A stretch of DNA of 64,000 nucleotides from Syntrophales bacterium (GTDB lineage Bacteria; Desulfobacterota; Syntrophia; Syntrophales; UBA2210): assembly GCA_963666365.2 (NCBI GenBank), contig CAXXNF010000001.1, forward strand, positions 1,344,001 to 1,408,000. Reading direction: 5' to 3'. The notes below the pieces were generated by a model, which saw nothing but the letters and a program-made list of their open reading frames with translations, searched no databases and was not told the DNA's origin. The position numbers and the translations under genes were made by a program. Positions 10,060-18,755 of the stretch are shown here, piece after piece (positions within the stretch are counted from its first letter, which is position 1; every line of letters begins with the position of its first letter).

Positions 10060-10168
10060 GTGAACTGACACAAAGACTAAGTGCCAGAGGAGTGCTTGGG
10101 AAGGAACCAGGAGACATACCTGTTGCCGTGGATATTGCGGCGATACGTAACAAGGGTGACATAGCGCT

Positions 10169-11047
10169 ATGAATATTCAGGGACTTACAATACAGCTTCT
10201 TGGTGGCATCAGCACGGGAATGGTCATTTTTCTCATTGCAGTGGGCCTGTCTCTTGTATTCGGGACCTTAGGGGTATTAAATCTTGCCCATGGCGCCCTC
10301 TATATGCTTGGCGCCTATCTTGGCTTCACGGTATGCTCCCTCTTTTCTCAATGGAGCGGGTCCTTCTGGTGGGCGCTTCTTTTGGCGCCGATAGGGGTGG
10401 CGATTTTCGGAGGCATCGTTGAAGTGTTGCTCCTGCGACGGATATATTCACGAGAACAGCTGGATCAGTATCTGCTTACCTTTGCGCTCATTCTCATTAT
10501 CGGAGACCTATGCAAGTTTTTATGGGGGGTGGACTACCACATGGTGGACACCCCCTGGCCTCTTAACGGACCCGTTGCAATCATGGGCGGATATTTCCCG
10601 CTCTACAACCTGTTCCTTATTGTTTGCGGCCCCGTTGTGTTTCTTGCCATCCTGGCGCTTATACACTACACGAAATTGGGGAGAATAATCAGGGCAATGA
10701 CCCATGACCGCGACACGGCGAACGCTCTTGGGGTGAATGTGCCGGTGGTATACACGGCGGTATTTATGCTGGGATGCTGGCTTGCCGGATTGGGAGGCAC
10801 GCTGATTTCCCCCGTGTCCTCCGTTATGCCGGGAATGGACATGGTTGTCCTTATCGAATGCTTTATCATTGTGGTAATCGGAGGATTGGGAAGTCTTACG
10901 GGCGCCTTTCTCGGTTCTCTGATTCTCGGTCTGGTCAATGCGTTCGGAATTCTCGTCGCACCGCGGCTGGCTATTGCCTTCGGGTTTATTCTAATGATTA
11001 TCGTGCTTGTTATCAGACCCTGGGGCCTCATGGGGAAACCTGAATGA
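10169..11047 (+). CDS. HAAT-family ABC transporter permease, LivH-like (second system)
   Basis: FLIAVGLSLVFG.LGVLNLAHG, TKLGRIIRA, VVIGGLGS, RPWGLMG. Confidence 0.9.
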   Translation: MNIQGLTIQLLGGISTGMVIFLIAVGLSLVFGTLGVLNLAHGALYMLGAYLGFTVCSLFSQWSGSFWWALLLAPIGVAIFGGIVEVLLLRRIYSREQLDQYLLTFALILIIGDLCKFLWGVDYHMVDTPWPLNGPVAIMGGYFPLYNLFLIVCGPVVFLAILALIHYTKLGRIIRAMTHDRDTANALGVNVPVVYTAVFMLGCWLAGLGGTLISPVSSVMPGMDMVVLIECFIIVVIGGLGSLTGAFLGSLILGLVNAFGILVAPRLAIAFGFILMIIVLVIRPWGLMGKPE

Positions 11048-11060
11048 CGGAGTTGTGCGC

Positions 11061-12002
11061 ATGAAAACGTACCCGAAATCGCTTATTATAGTGATCGCCG
11101 CGCTGATACTGATATCCTTTGCACTGCCTCTATTTCTGGGGAGGGGATGGATCAGTCTTATTAATGAAATGATCATTCTCGCATTGGCTGCATGCGGATT
11201 GAATCTGATGCTCGGATACGCGGGAATGGTATCCTTTGGGCCTGCAGGGCCTTATGCGGTAGGCGCCTATACCACGGCACTCATCCTTGTGTACACGAAG
11301 ATGCCTTTCGGCATCGCCTTTATTGCAGGACCGATCGTTGCGGCACTCATATCCGCCGCAATCGGGTGGTTCTGTGTACGCAGAACCCATGTGTATTTTG
11401 CACTTCTCACCCTGGCCTTTGCCCAAATAATCCATACGATTATTTTCGGGTGGTATGATTTTACGAAAGGGGATGACGGCATCGTCAATATACCCGTACC
11501 GTCCGTACTGCAGCCAATAGTGAATTATTATTACTTCAGCCTGCTCGTCACGTGCCTTTCCGTATATGTTCTATGGAGGATCGTAAAATCACCCTTCGGC
11601 AAGGCGTTGCAGGCGTTGAGGGAAAATCCAAATCGAACCGAATCGATCGGCATCAACGTGCGACGATACCAGCTCACGGCATTCATTATCTCCGGTTTTT
11701 TTCTTGGTCTCGCCGGTTCATTGTTCTGCGGATTCAACAAAAACGTCTTTCCCGATTATGCGCACTGGATGAAATCCACTGAAATGCTGGTCGTGTGTCT
11801 CCTCGGAGGGGTATACAGCTTCCTGGGGCCCATATTCGGTTCAGTGGTGTATGTGCTTCTTGACAAGGTTATCACCGGTTACACGGAGTATTGGCCCTTT
11901 GTGCTTGGGTGCGTCATCATTGTGCTGCTTCTTTTCCTCCGAGGGGGAATCAGCCCCTTTGTGGCGGAAAAAATCACCCTTTTTACAAAAAGGAGAGTCT
12001 AG
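11061..12002 (+). CDS. HAAT-family ABC transporter permease, LivM-like (second system)
   Basis: GYAGMVSFG, YFALLTLAFAQ, SPFGKALQALREN, LLGG...FLGP. Start moved to ATG 11061. Confidence 0.9.
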   Translation: MKTYPKSLIIVIAALILISFALPLFLGRGWISLINEMIILALAACGLNLMLGYAGMVSFGPAGPYAVGAYTTALILVYTKMPFGIAFIAGPIVAALISAAIGWFCVRRTHVYFALLTLAFAQIIHTIIFGWYDFTKGDDGIVNIPVPSVLQPIVNYYYFSLLVTCLSVYVLWRIVKSPFGKALQALRENPNRTESIGINVRRYQLTAFIISGFFLGLAGSLFCGFNKNVFPDYAHWMKSTEMLVVCLLGGVYSFLGPIFGSVVYVLLDKVITGYTEYWPFVLGCVIIVLLLFLRGGISPFVAEKITLFTKRRV

Positions 12003-12751
12003 TGCCTGGAACCATTTTCAGCGTCAAAGGCATACATAAGTCGTTTGGAGGACTGATTGCAGTAAATGATGTGTCCTTTGAACTGGAACGAGGGGAAATA
12101 AGTTCTATCATCGGTCCCAACGGCGCAGGCAAGACCACGCTTTTCAACATGTTGACGGGGCATCTGAAACCGGATTCCGGCCGTATTATCTTTGAGAATG
12201 AAAACATTACGAGCTTTTCACCGCATACAATATGCAAAAAAAAGATAGGGCGGTCCTTTCAACGCACAAACATTTTTCCCCGATTGACGGTGTTTGAAAA
12301 TGTTCAGGTGGCCGTGATGGCCAGCTATGGCAAAACGGAAAATTTTTTTCAAAGGTCTGATAGTTTATTTGAAAATGAAGTCGAAAGAATTCTCGAAAGT
12401 ATCGGTCTCATAAGCCAAAAAGATGTACAGGCGGACCTGCTCGCCCATGGCGATCAGCGGTTGCTTGAAATCGGCATTGCCCTTGGGAGTCACCCGATTC
12501 TGCTTCTTCTCGATGAGCCGACGGCGGGAATGAGTCCGAAGGAATCGGGCAAGACGGTGGAACTCATCAAAAAAGTTGCCCGTGAAAACGATCTTACCCT
12601 TCTGTTTATCGAACATGATATGAATATAGTGTTCAGTATCTCTGAAAAAGTACGGGTAATGCATATGGGAAAACTGTTTGCCGAGGGAAATCCGGACCAG
12701 ATAAGAGCAAATAGAGAGGTGCAGCGCATATATTTAGGTGAGGAAACGTAA
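12002..12751 (+). CDS. HAAT-family ABC ATP-binding protein, LivG-like (second system)
   Basis: KSFGGLIAV, GPNGAGKTT, LLLDEPTAGM, IEHDM. Start taken as GTG 12002, overlapping the previous TAG. Confidence 0.9.
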   Translation: MPGTIFSVKGIHKSFGGLIAVNDVSFELERGEISSIIGPNGAGKTTLFNMLTGHLKPDSGRIIFENENITSFSPHTICKKKIGRSFQRTNIFPRLTVFENVQVAVMASYGKTENFFQRSDSLFENEVERILESIGLISQKDVQADLLAHGDQRLLEIGIALGSHPILLLLDEPTAGMSPKESGKTVELIKKVARENDLTLLFIEHDMNIVFSISEKVRVMHMGKLFAEGNPDQIRANREVQRIYLGEET

Positions 12752-12752
12752 A

Positions 12753-13451
12753 ATGCTCTTGGAAACACAAAGGATCAACACCTATTACGGTGCAAGTCAC
12801 ATCCTCTTTGATGTCTCGATGGGTATTGATGAGGGAGAAGTGGTCTGCCTCCTGGGCAGAAATGGGATGGGCAAATCGACATTGATCAAAAGCATCATAG
12901 GATTAACGCCGCCCCGTTCAGGGAAACTCTATTTCGAGGGGGTCGATATTGTCGGGAAGCGGCCTTTTGAAATCGCCCGCCGGGGGGTCGGATTTGTGCC
13001 AGAGAACAGAGCGATTTTCCCGAACCTTACGGTTCGCGAAAATCTGGATATGGGTGTGCATAGGAAAGAAAGCGGATCATGGTCCCTCGAGCGAATCTAC
13101 CACATGTTTCCCATTCTTCAGGAAAGAGCCGGGCAGATGGGCGGCACCCTCTCGGGGGGAGAACAGCAGATGCTGACAATTGCAAGGGCGTTGATGGGAA
13201 ATCCCCGGCTTCTTTTGATTGATGAACCATCGGAAGGTCTCGCGCCGCTCATTGTGAACCAGATAGGCGCACAGGTCCAGGAAATGAAAAAAGAGGGCAT
13301 GACGATTCTTCTTTCGGAGCAAAACACCGGATTTACGCTCAAATTGGCCGATCGCGCCTACATTCTTGAGAAGGGCGTCATAAGCTGGCAGGGAAGTGTC
13401 ACGCAACTGGAGGATGACCCTCAGATTTTGGAAACCTACCTCGGTGTGTAA
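12753..13451 (+). CDS. HAAT-family ABC ATP-binding protein, LivF-like (second system)
   Basis: YYGASHIL, GRNGMGKST, LSGGEQQML, DEPSEGLAP, SEQN. Confidence 0.92.
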   Translation: MLLETQRINTYYGASHILFDVSMGIDEGEVVCLLGRNGMGKSTLIKSIIGLTPPRSGKLYFEGVDIVGKRPFEIARRGVGFVPENRAIFPNLTVRENLDMGVHRKESGSWSLERIYHMFPILQERAGQMGGTLSGGEQQMLTIARALMGNPRLLLIDEPSEGLAPLIVNQIGAQVQEMKKEGMTILLSEQNTGFTLKLADRAYILEKGVISWQGSVTQLEDDPQILETYLGV

Positions 13452-13452
13452 T

Positions 13453-14637
13453 ATGGCGGCAAGAAACGATATTAAATTAGACGACAAGCGATCTCAAATA
13501 CTTGCCGCTGCCGAAGCTATAATATCGATAAAAGGACTGGAAAATACGAAGATATCGGATATCGCCCAGCAGGCGGGTATTGCCGATTCCCTCATATATC
13601 AGTACTTCCGGGGGAAGGAAGATCTGATGTTTTCAACTGCCGACGCCCGTATGGGCGAGGTTCTCAGGCTTGTGAACGAACACCTTCAGGGAATTATAGA
13701 CGCGCGCAGCAGAATCAGTAAGCTTATCTGGTTTCATCTTCATCATCATGACACTCACCGCGGCTATGCCGGCATTCTGCTGTTCGAGTGCAGATCCTCT
13801 CCCAACTTTTACAAGACCGATGCCTACACAAAGGTGCAACACTACGCGGCGCTTTTTTCCGACACTATCGAAGCAGGCATCAACGAAGGGCTCTTCAGAT
13901 CCGATTTAGATGTGAGGCTTGTCAGGGACATTATTCTCGGGACGTTGGATGCGGAAACAATATCCTGTCTCGGTTCCCGTGAAATAGAAGAAAGTGTTCC
14001 CGATCTGGAAGACATCGTGTCTCTTATCAATATTATGCTTTCAAAAAAGCCGGAAGCAACCTTTGATAAATCGGACAGAATACTTTTGGCTGCGGAAGAG
14101 GTATTTGCAGAAAAAGGATTTGCAAAGGCCAAGGTCATTGATATTGCGAAAGCTGCCCATGTTTCGGAGGGAACGGTCTACGAATATTACGAAACCAAAA
14201 AGGGGTTGTTGCTTTCCATGGCATGTAATCGTCTGAAAGAGCGCATGGATCGTTTGTCGGAAGAGTTCGAAAACGAACATCCGGTACAGGAGCTGAGAAC
14301 GCTTATGAGATGGTATTTTTCCTCTCTCTTGAAAGATCGAGGGTTCCTGAAAATATTCCTTCTCGACCTACAATTGAAAAAAGATTTTTATTCATCCTGC
14401 GCCTACCGCTATTTTAAGAAATACATCTCTTCGATTGAAAATGTCATCACGAGGGGCGTTGCCCGGGATTATTTCCGTGCTGATGTGAACCCCCGCGTGT
14501 TTCGAAACATGGTGATTGGTGCGTTTAATCATTGCGCTCTCAGATGGTTCATTTTCGGATTTGACAGCAAGATTGACAAAATGACGGAAATTGAAGATTT
14601 AATAGATCTTCTCTCGTTTGCAGTGATTAAAAACTGA
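13453..14637 (+). CDS. TetR/AcrR family transcriptional regulator with two tandem TetR modules
   Basis: Two TetR HTH signatures (ILAAAE...ISDIAQQAGIADSLIYQYF and ILLAAEEVFAEKGF...VIDIAKAAHVSEGTVYEYY), each followed by a C-terminal ligand domain (G.FR.D..). Confidence 0.9.
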   Translation: MAARNDIKLDDKRSQILAAAEAIISIKGLENTKISDIAQQAGIADSLIYQYFRGKEDLMFSTADARMGEVLRLVNEHLQGIIDARSRISKLIWFHLHHHDTHRGYAGILLFECRSSPNFYKTDAYTKVQHYAALFSDTIEAGINEGLFRSDLDVRLVRDIILGTLDAETISCLGSREIEESVPDLEDIVSLINIMLSKKPEATFDKSDRILLAAEEVFAEKGFAKAKVIDIAKAAHVSEGTVYEYYETKKGLLLSMACNRLKERMDRLSEEFENEHPVQELRTLMRWYFSSLLKDRGFLKIFLLDLQLKKDFYSSCAYRYFKKYISSIENVITRGVARDYFRADVNPRVFRNMVIGAFNHCALRWFIFGFDSKIDKMTEIEDLIDLLSFAVIKN

Positions 14638-14691
14638 TAGGGGATCAGTCGCAGCGTTTCGGTAGTAATGCGAAAAAAGGAGGATATCGCA

Positions 14692-16263
14692 ATGAACATT
14701 ACATTGACTCAGGTGAGGTTTCTGGAACGGTCCGTCAAGCTATTCAAAACGAAAACGGCGGTAATTTGCGAGGGGAATCGGTGGAACTACAAAGAATTCG
14801 GCGCACGGGTGGAGCAGCTTGCCAATGCATTGGAAGATCTCGGCATACAACCGGGGGTGCGCGTCGGCTACATCGGGTACAACTGTCACCGTCTTCTGGA
14901 ATGTTACTATGGTGTGGTGAAAATGGGGGCGGTGTTGATGCCTCTTAATATTCGGCTTGCCGCGCAGGACTTCGAGTATGTGATAAACGATTCAGAGCCG
15001 GATTTGATATTTATAGATCCCGACTTTCTCGACAAGATAGGTCCGATACTGCAGAACATCAAGCCGGTAAAATATTTTTACCTTCTTGAAGGCATGGAGA
15101 ATCCGCCGGACTGGATCACCGGTCAGTACGATGAACTAATTGCGGCGGCGTCGCCGATTCCCAGACGCGCGACGACGGAATATTCTTTTCATGAGGACGA
15201 TATGGCCGAGCTATTCTATACGAGCGGTTCCACCGGTCCTCCCAAGGGCGTGATGCTTACCCATAGAAACCTCTACCTCCATGCATTGGTTACCATGGCG
15301 GCCGCCCCAATAGCCGAAACGGACATACAACTGCACCTGATTCCTCTCTTTCATGTGAATGGGTGGGGTACGCCTCATTATCTCATTGCAAAGGGCGGCA
15401 CCCATGTGATGATGAAGAAGTTTGATGCGACGGATGTGCTGGAGATAATCCAGAAAGAAAAGGTCAATAAATTCTATGCGATTCCCACCATGATAAGTGC
15501 CCTTATGGACCATCCCCATCTGAAATCCTATGATCTGTCAAGTATGAAGGATATTTTGATCGGAGGTGCCCCCCCGCCGACGGGAATGTGCGAGAGGGCC
15601 TCCCAGGTCTTCGGATGTATGGTCCATGGCGCCTTTGGGATGAGCGAGACCTGTCCGCTGATCGCCTATCCTGAATTGCCGCCCGATCTTGATCCGGAAA
15701 CACTTCGATACCGGGCTCACGAAACATGGGGGTTTCCCGCTATCGGCGTTGAGTTCAAAGTAGTCGATATGGCGGGAAATGAGCTGCCCTGGGATGGAAA
15801 ATCGACGGGCGAGCTTCTGGTACGAGGCGACATGGTGATGAAAGGGTATCTCAACAAGGAGGATTCGACACGCCGTGCGCTGGAAGGCGGGTGGTACCAC
15901 AGCGGGGATGTGGTGTCCATGGGTCCCGACGGCTCACTGTTTATACGGGATCGCATGAAGGACATCATCATCAGCGGGGGTGAGAATATCTCGTCTCTGG
16001 AAATCGAACAGGTGCTCTATTCCCATCCTGATATACTGGAATGTGCCGTTATCGGAAAGCAGGATGAAAAATGGGGAGAAATTCCAAAGGCGATTGTCGT
16101 ACTGAAGCCGGGAGCGACAGTGACACCGAACGCAATCGTCGAGTTTACCCGTGAACACATGGCACATTTCAAGGCACTGAGAGATGCTGAAATCATAGAA
16201 GAAATGCCGCGCGGCGGTACCGGGAAAATATTAAAGAGTGTGTTGAGGGAACGATACGGTTAA
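14692..16263 (+). CDS. Acyl-CoA synthetase / AMP-binding enzyme (fatty-acid or aryl-CoA ligase)
   Basis: YTSGSTGPPKG, PLFHVNGWG, FGMSET, SGD, DRMKDIIISGGENISSLEIE, TGKI. SD AGGAGG before ATG 14692. Confidence 0.92.
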   Translation: MNITLTQVRFLERSVKLFKTKTAVICEGNRWNYKEFGARVEQLANALEDLGIQPGVRVGYIGYNCHRLLECYYGVVKMGAVLMPLNIRLAAQDFEYVINDSEPDLIFIDPDFLDKIGPILQNIKPVKYFYLLEGMENPPDWITGQYDELIAAASPIPRRATTEYSFHEDDMAELFYTSGSTGPPKGVMLTHRNLYLHALVTMAAAPIAETDIQLHLIPLFHVNGWGTPHYLIAKGGTHVMMKKFDATDVLEIIQKEKVNKFYAIPTMISALMDHPHLKSYDLSSMKDILIGGAPPPTGMCERASQVFGCMVHGAFGMSETCPLIAYPELPPDLDPETLRYRAHETWGFPAIGVEFKVVDMAGNELPWDGKSTGELLVRGDMVMKGYLNKEDSTRRALEGGWYHSGDVVSMGPDGSLFIRDRMKDIIISGGENISSLEIEQVLYSHPDILECAVIGKQDEKWGEIPKAIVVLKPGATVTPNAIVEFTREHMAHFKALRDAEIIEEMPRGGTGKILKSVLRERYG

Positions 16264-16318
16264 AGAGGCGCCCCCTTCGGCCCTCTGCGCCGTAGAGAAC
16301 CCTTCGCAATGATGACCT

Positions 16319-16365
16319 CAAAGGGCGGGTGGCCGGTTAGGAGTTTTCATGGCCTTCCGCCTTTG
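16319..16365. terminator. GC-rich hairpin after the CoA ligase, possible terminator between convergent genes
   Basis: CAAAGGGCGGGTGGCC ... GGCCTTCCGCCTTTG; no strong U tract. Confidence 0.35.
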
Positions 16366-16576
16366 TATTCATGAGCATCCCTTTATCCGACATGACAGAA
16401 GGGATTTGACGAAAGATTCAATCTTTTTTGGAATAATGGGATCTCGAATTTGTGGGACAAGGACGGCGCCGGCCAATGACATTGACAGGCGTCCCTGTTC
16501 AGGTTGTCCGGTATGATGGTGTTTCCCGTATTTCGCCGGCGAATAGGGTGAAAGAGTGAAGTGCGAGTTCGGACTT

Positions 16577-17194
16577 TTACACCTGGCTCATATCTGACGG
16601 TGAAATCGCGATCTTTCGGAGCAAAGATGCAATAGGTAGAATGAGGATGTATGAGAGCGCACTCCACCCGGGGACAATAAAGGCAACGCATATCGCAATT
16701 AGAGGGACGATTATAAAGACTGAATTTACCCTTCGTTCTTTTGCAATAATCGAAATATCACATGAGTCCTCTTGAAGCAGGTGTCGGTTTCGGAAGATGT
16801 AGTTCCACCTGATGATTGAGAATATTCCAACACAGAGAAGGTTGAGATGAAAAAACAGTTCCGCTGCAATCAATCCGTGATAATCACCCAGCAGAGATGT
16901 GGAAAAGGGAATCAGTATAATGAACATCAGATTCCATAGACAAAGCCAGAGATAGGTCCGTTCCGTTTGTTTAATATAGTGAAATTGATGATTATCGTTG
17001 ACCCAGAGCGCGGCAAGGATTGCGAAACTGATTATATAATTGAGAAAAGTCGGTATCATGGTTCGAAGCGCATTAAATAAATCGCCCGATTCCGATATTT
17101 TTACCGTTGTTGGAACGGTAATATTGAGAACCAGAATGGTCATGGCTATTGCAAATAAACCATCAAGCAGCGCTTCGATACGGTTTTTACTCAT
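16577..17194 (-). CDS. TMEM175 family (DUF1211) potassium channel-like membrane protein
   Basis: MSKNRIEALLDGLFAIAMTILVL, Y.ISF.I....W..., NLMFIILIPFST; about six TM helices. Start at ATG 17194 after GAGG. Confidence 0.85.
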   Translation of the reverse strand: MSKNRIEALLDGLFAIAMTILVLNITVPTTVKISESGDLFNALRTMIPTFLNYIISFAILAALWVNDNHQFHYIKQTERTYLWLCLWNLMFIILIPFSTSLLGDYHGLIAAELFFHLNLLCVGIFSIIRWNYIFRNRHLLQEDSCDISIIAKERRVNSVFIIVPLIAICVAFIVPGWSALSYILILPIASLLRKIAISPSDMSQV

Positions 17195-17258
17195 TTCCTC
17201 TTTTGTGTCTTGAAAAAATAGCATGAACCCTCTTAAGAATTGCTTTATAGCAGCAATC

Positions 17259-17360
17259 CTATCGATTCTTTTTCTTTTCTGCCTTAGCCTGTTTCTTTTC
17301 CTTCGCTGTTTTCTGTGGCTTTTTCTTTTCGTTTTTTTTAGCGTCTTCAGATTTGGCCAT
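17259..17360 (-). CDS. Small lysine-rich protein, 33 aa (MAKSEDAKKNEKKKPQKTAKEKKQAKAEKKKNR), absent from the ORF track
   Basis: ATG at 17360, TAG at 17261-17259, SD-like GAGGGGAG about 10 nt upstream. From memory it resembles widespread short basic bacterial proteins of the MxK..D.KK..KK.P.KT.KEK type (not searched). Confidence 0.65.
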   Translation of the reverse strand: MAKSEDAKKNEKKKPQKTAKEKKQAKAEKKKNR

Positions 17361-17806
17361 GCTGCATGTGCTCCCCTCAGTAGTGAATATTTCTTTCACA
17401 ATACAATATTCCCACACAAAAAGCTAAATTAATTGGGGGGATTTTCTAAGACTTCAACAGCGGCAAAAGAAAAATGAATCGGCGATCCTCTTCCTTTTCT
17501 ATTTGAACGTAAAAAGCGATGATCCCGAGCGTACTCTATTGCGGTTCGACGAAGGAAGCACCTACTCGGGAAAGAATTGATGTTCTCCCTCTAACCGTCG
17601 TTTTGCAGACTATCCGGTCGAAATCGTTTCGTCGCCTCTGCGCACAGTGTATGAAATAAAAATAAACAGGCTAGAATATCTCTTTGACTCTCTGAAAGGC
17701 TCGTAAAGGAACGTGACATGGTTCCCACTAAAAAGTATATGGTAAAAATGACACGCCCCCCTTTAGCGTAAGTCAAGAGCAGACTTGCCCCCTTGTTTTG
17801 GTTTTG

Positions 17807-18436
17807 TTACCTCTTCTCCATGCTTTCTATAATAATCTCTGCGGCAATTCTTGCACCCACCCCGGGAGCGACGGGGCACTTTTCACGGGCGCCAGACTTA
17901 TTAAACGCATCCAGCTCTTCAAGTCCGGCAAAGGGATCATAGGACTTTCCCAGTAAGCATTTCTGAATTTCCGGACATAAAAGGCTGCCCAGAACATTCT
18001 CAAAACGCTTTATGAATTCTCTTGCGGCAATATAATGAGCGGGATTTTCATAATCAGCCAGATTTTTATCTGAAAAGTAGAGGCCCAAGGCTGTCAATCC
18101 ACCTGCAACAGGTCCGCAGATTCCCCCTGTCATGGCAAGACCGGGGAATGGAGACAGTGCTCTTATATTCTCCATGTTACCCAGGCCAAACTCCTCTAGT
18201 AGAGCCAGCGCCGACCCTTTGGCGCAACTGCGAGTAAGATAACAGTACTCTTCACCCCTGTGTTGGACTCGATTCAAGATTTCATCCTTTTGACGCAGTA
18301 TTTCCTGGCTGTTTAAATTTTTTTCAGGAATACCCTTTTCAACAAGATGTTTGAACCGTGCCTCAATAGCGGGCAAATCCCACTCCCGATGAGCTAACTC
18401 TGCAACTCTTTCCTCAAATTGTTGAAAATTTGCCAT
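17807..18436 (-). CDS. C_GCAxxG_C_C family putative redox-active protein
   Basis: SCAKG...GGICGPVAGG...LLCPEI...EKC Cys pattern. SD GGAGAGGAG before ATG 18436. Confidence 0.8.
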   Translation of the reverse strand: MANFQQFEERVAELAHREWDLPAIEARFKHLVEKGIPEKNLNSQEILRQKDEILNRVQHRGEEYCYLTRSCAKGSALALLEEFGLGNMENIRALSPFPGLAMTGGICGPVAGGLTALGLYFSDKNLADYENPAHYIAAREFIKRFENVLGSLLCPEIQKCLLGKSYDPFAGLEELDAFNKSGAREKCPVAPGVGARIAAEIIIESMEKR

Positions 18437-18471
18437 ACGTAACAAGCTCCTCTCCGATTTTTTTGATATGT

Positions 18472-18591
18472 ACCTGTAAAAAGAACATATACTTGCTTGG
18501 CAATCTCTTCGCCGATTCGATAGACCTCGGCCATGGTGGGGCCGTCGTGATGGTTGCGCCCGATGATGACGATTATGGATTGTGGATCCAT
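18472..18591 (-). pseudogene. Truncated N-terminal remnant resembling LOG / TIGR00725-type nucleotide-binding proteins
   Basis: MDPQSIIVIIG...AEVYRIGEEIAKQVYVLFTG follows the beta1-alpha1-beta2 pattern of that family. Similarity ends abruptly where the DNA turns AT-rich. Confidence 0.4.
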
Positions 18592-18755
18592 GCTGGCGGC
18601 CGCCATGGTTAATTTGCAGGTACTATAGCGGATAAAAGTTTAAAAATAAAGTGAGTAACTGCTTGCTCCAGAGCAACTCAATGGAGGGGACTATTTTTAT
18701 GAGCAGTTGATTACTCTTCTGCGGAGCGCGAAGTGCACGGTTGCTATACTGCCCC

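Noticed and set aside
17223..17432. 69-aa Phe/Leu-rich plus-strand ORF that looks like a membrane peptide
   Set aside because: Its composition is the mirror of the Lys-rich minus-strand ORF at 17259-17360, which has the better SD.
17433..17806. Possible small gene or ncRNA in this intergenic stretch (61-aa ORF at 17591-17776)
   Set aside because: No SD, recognisable motif or convincing structure; left unannotated.
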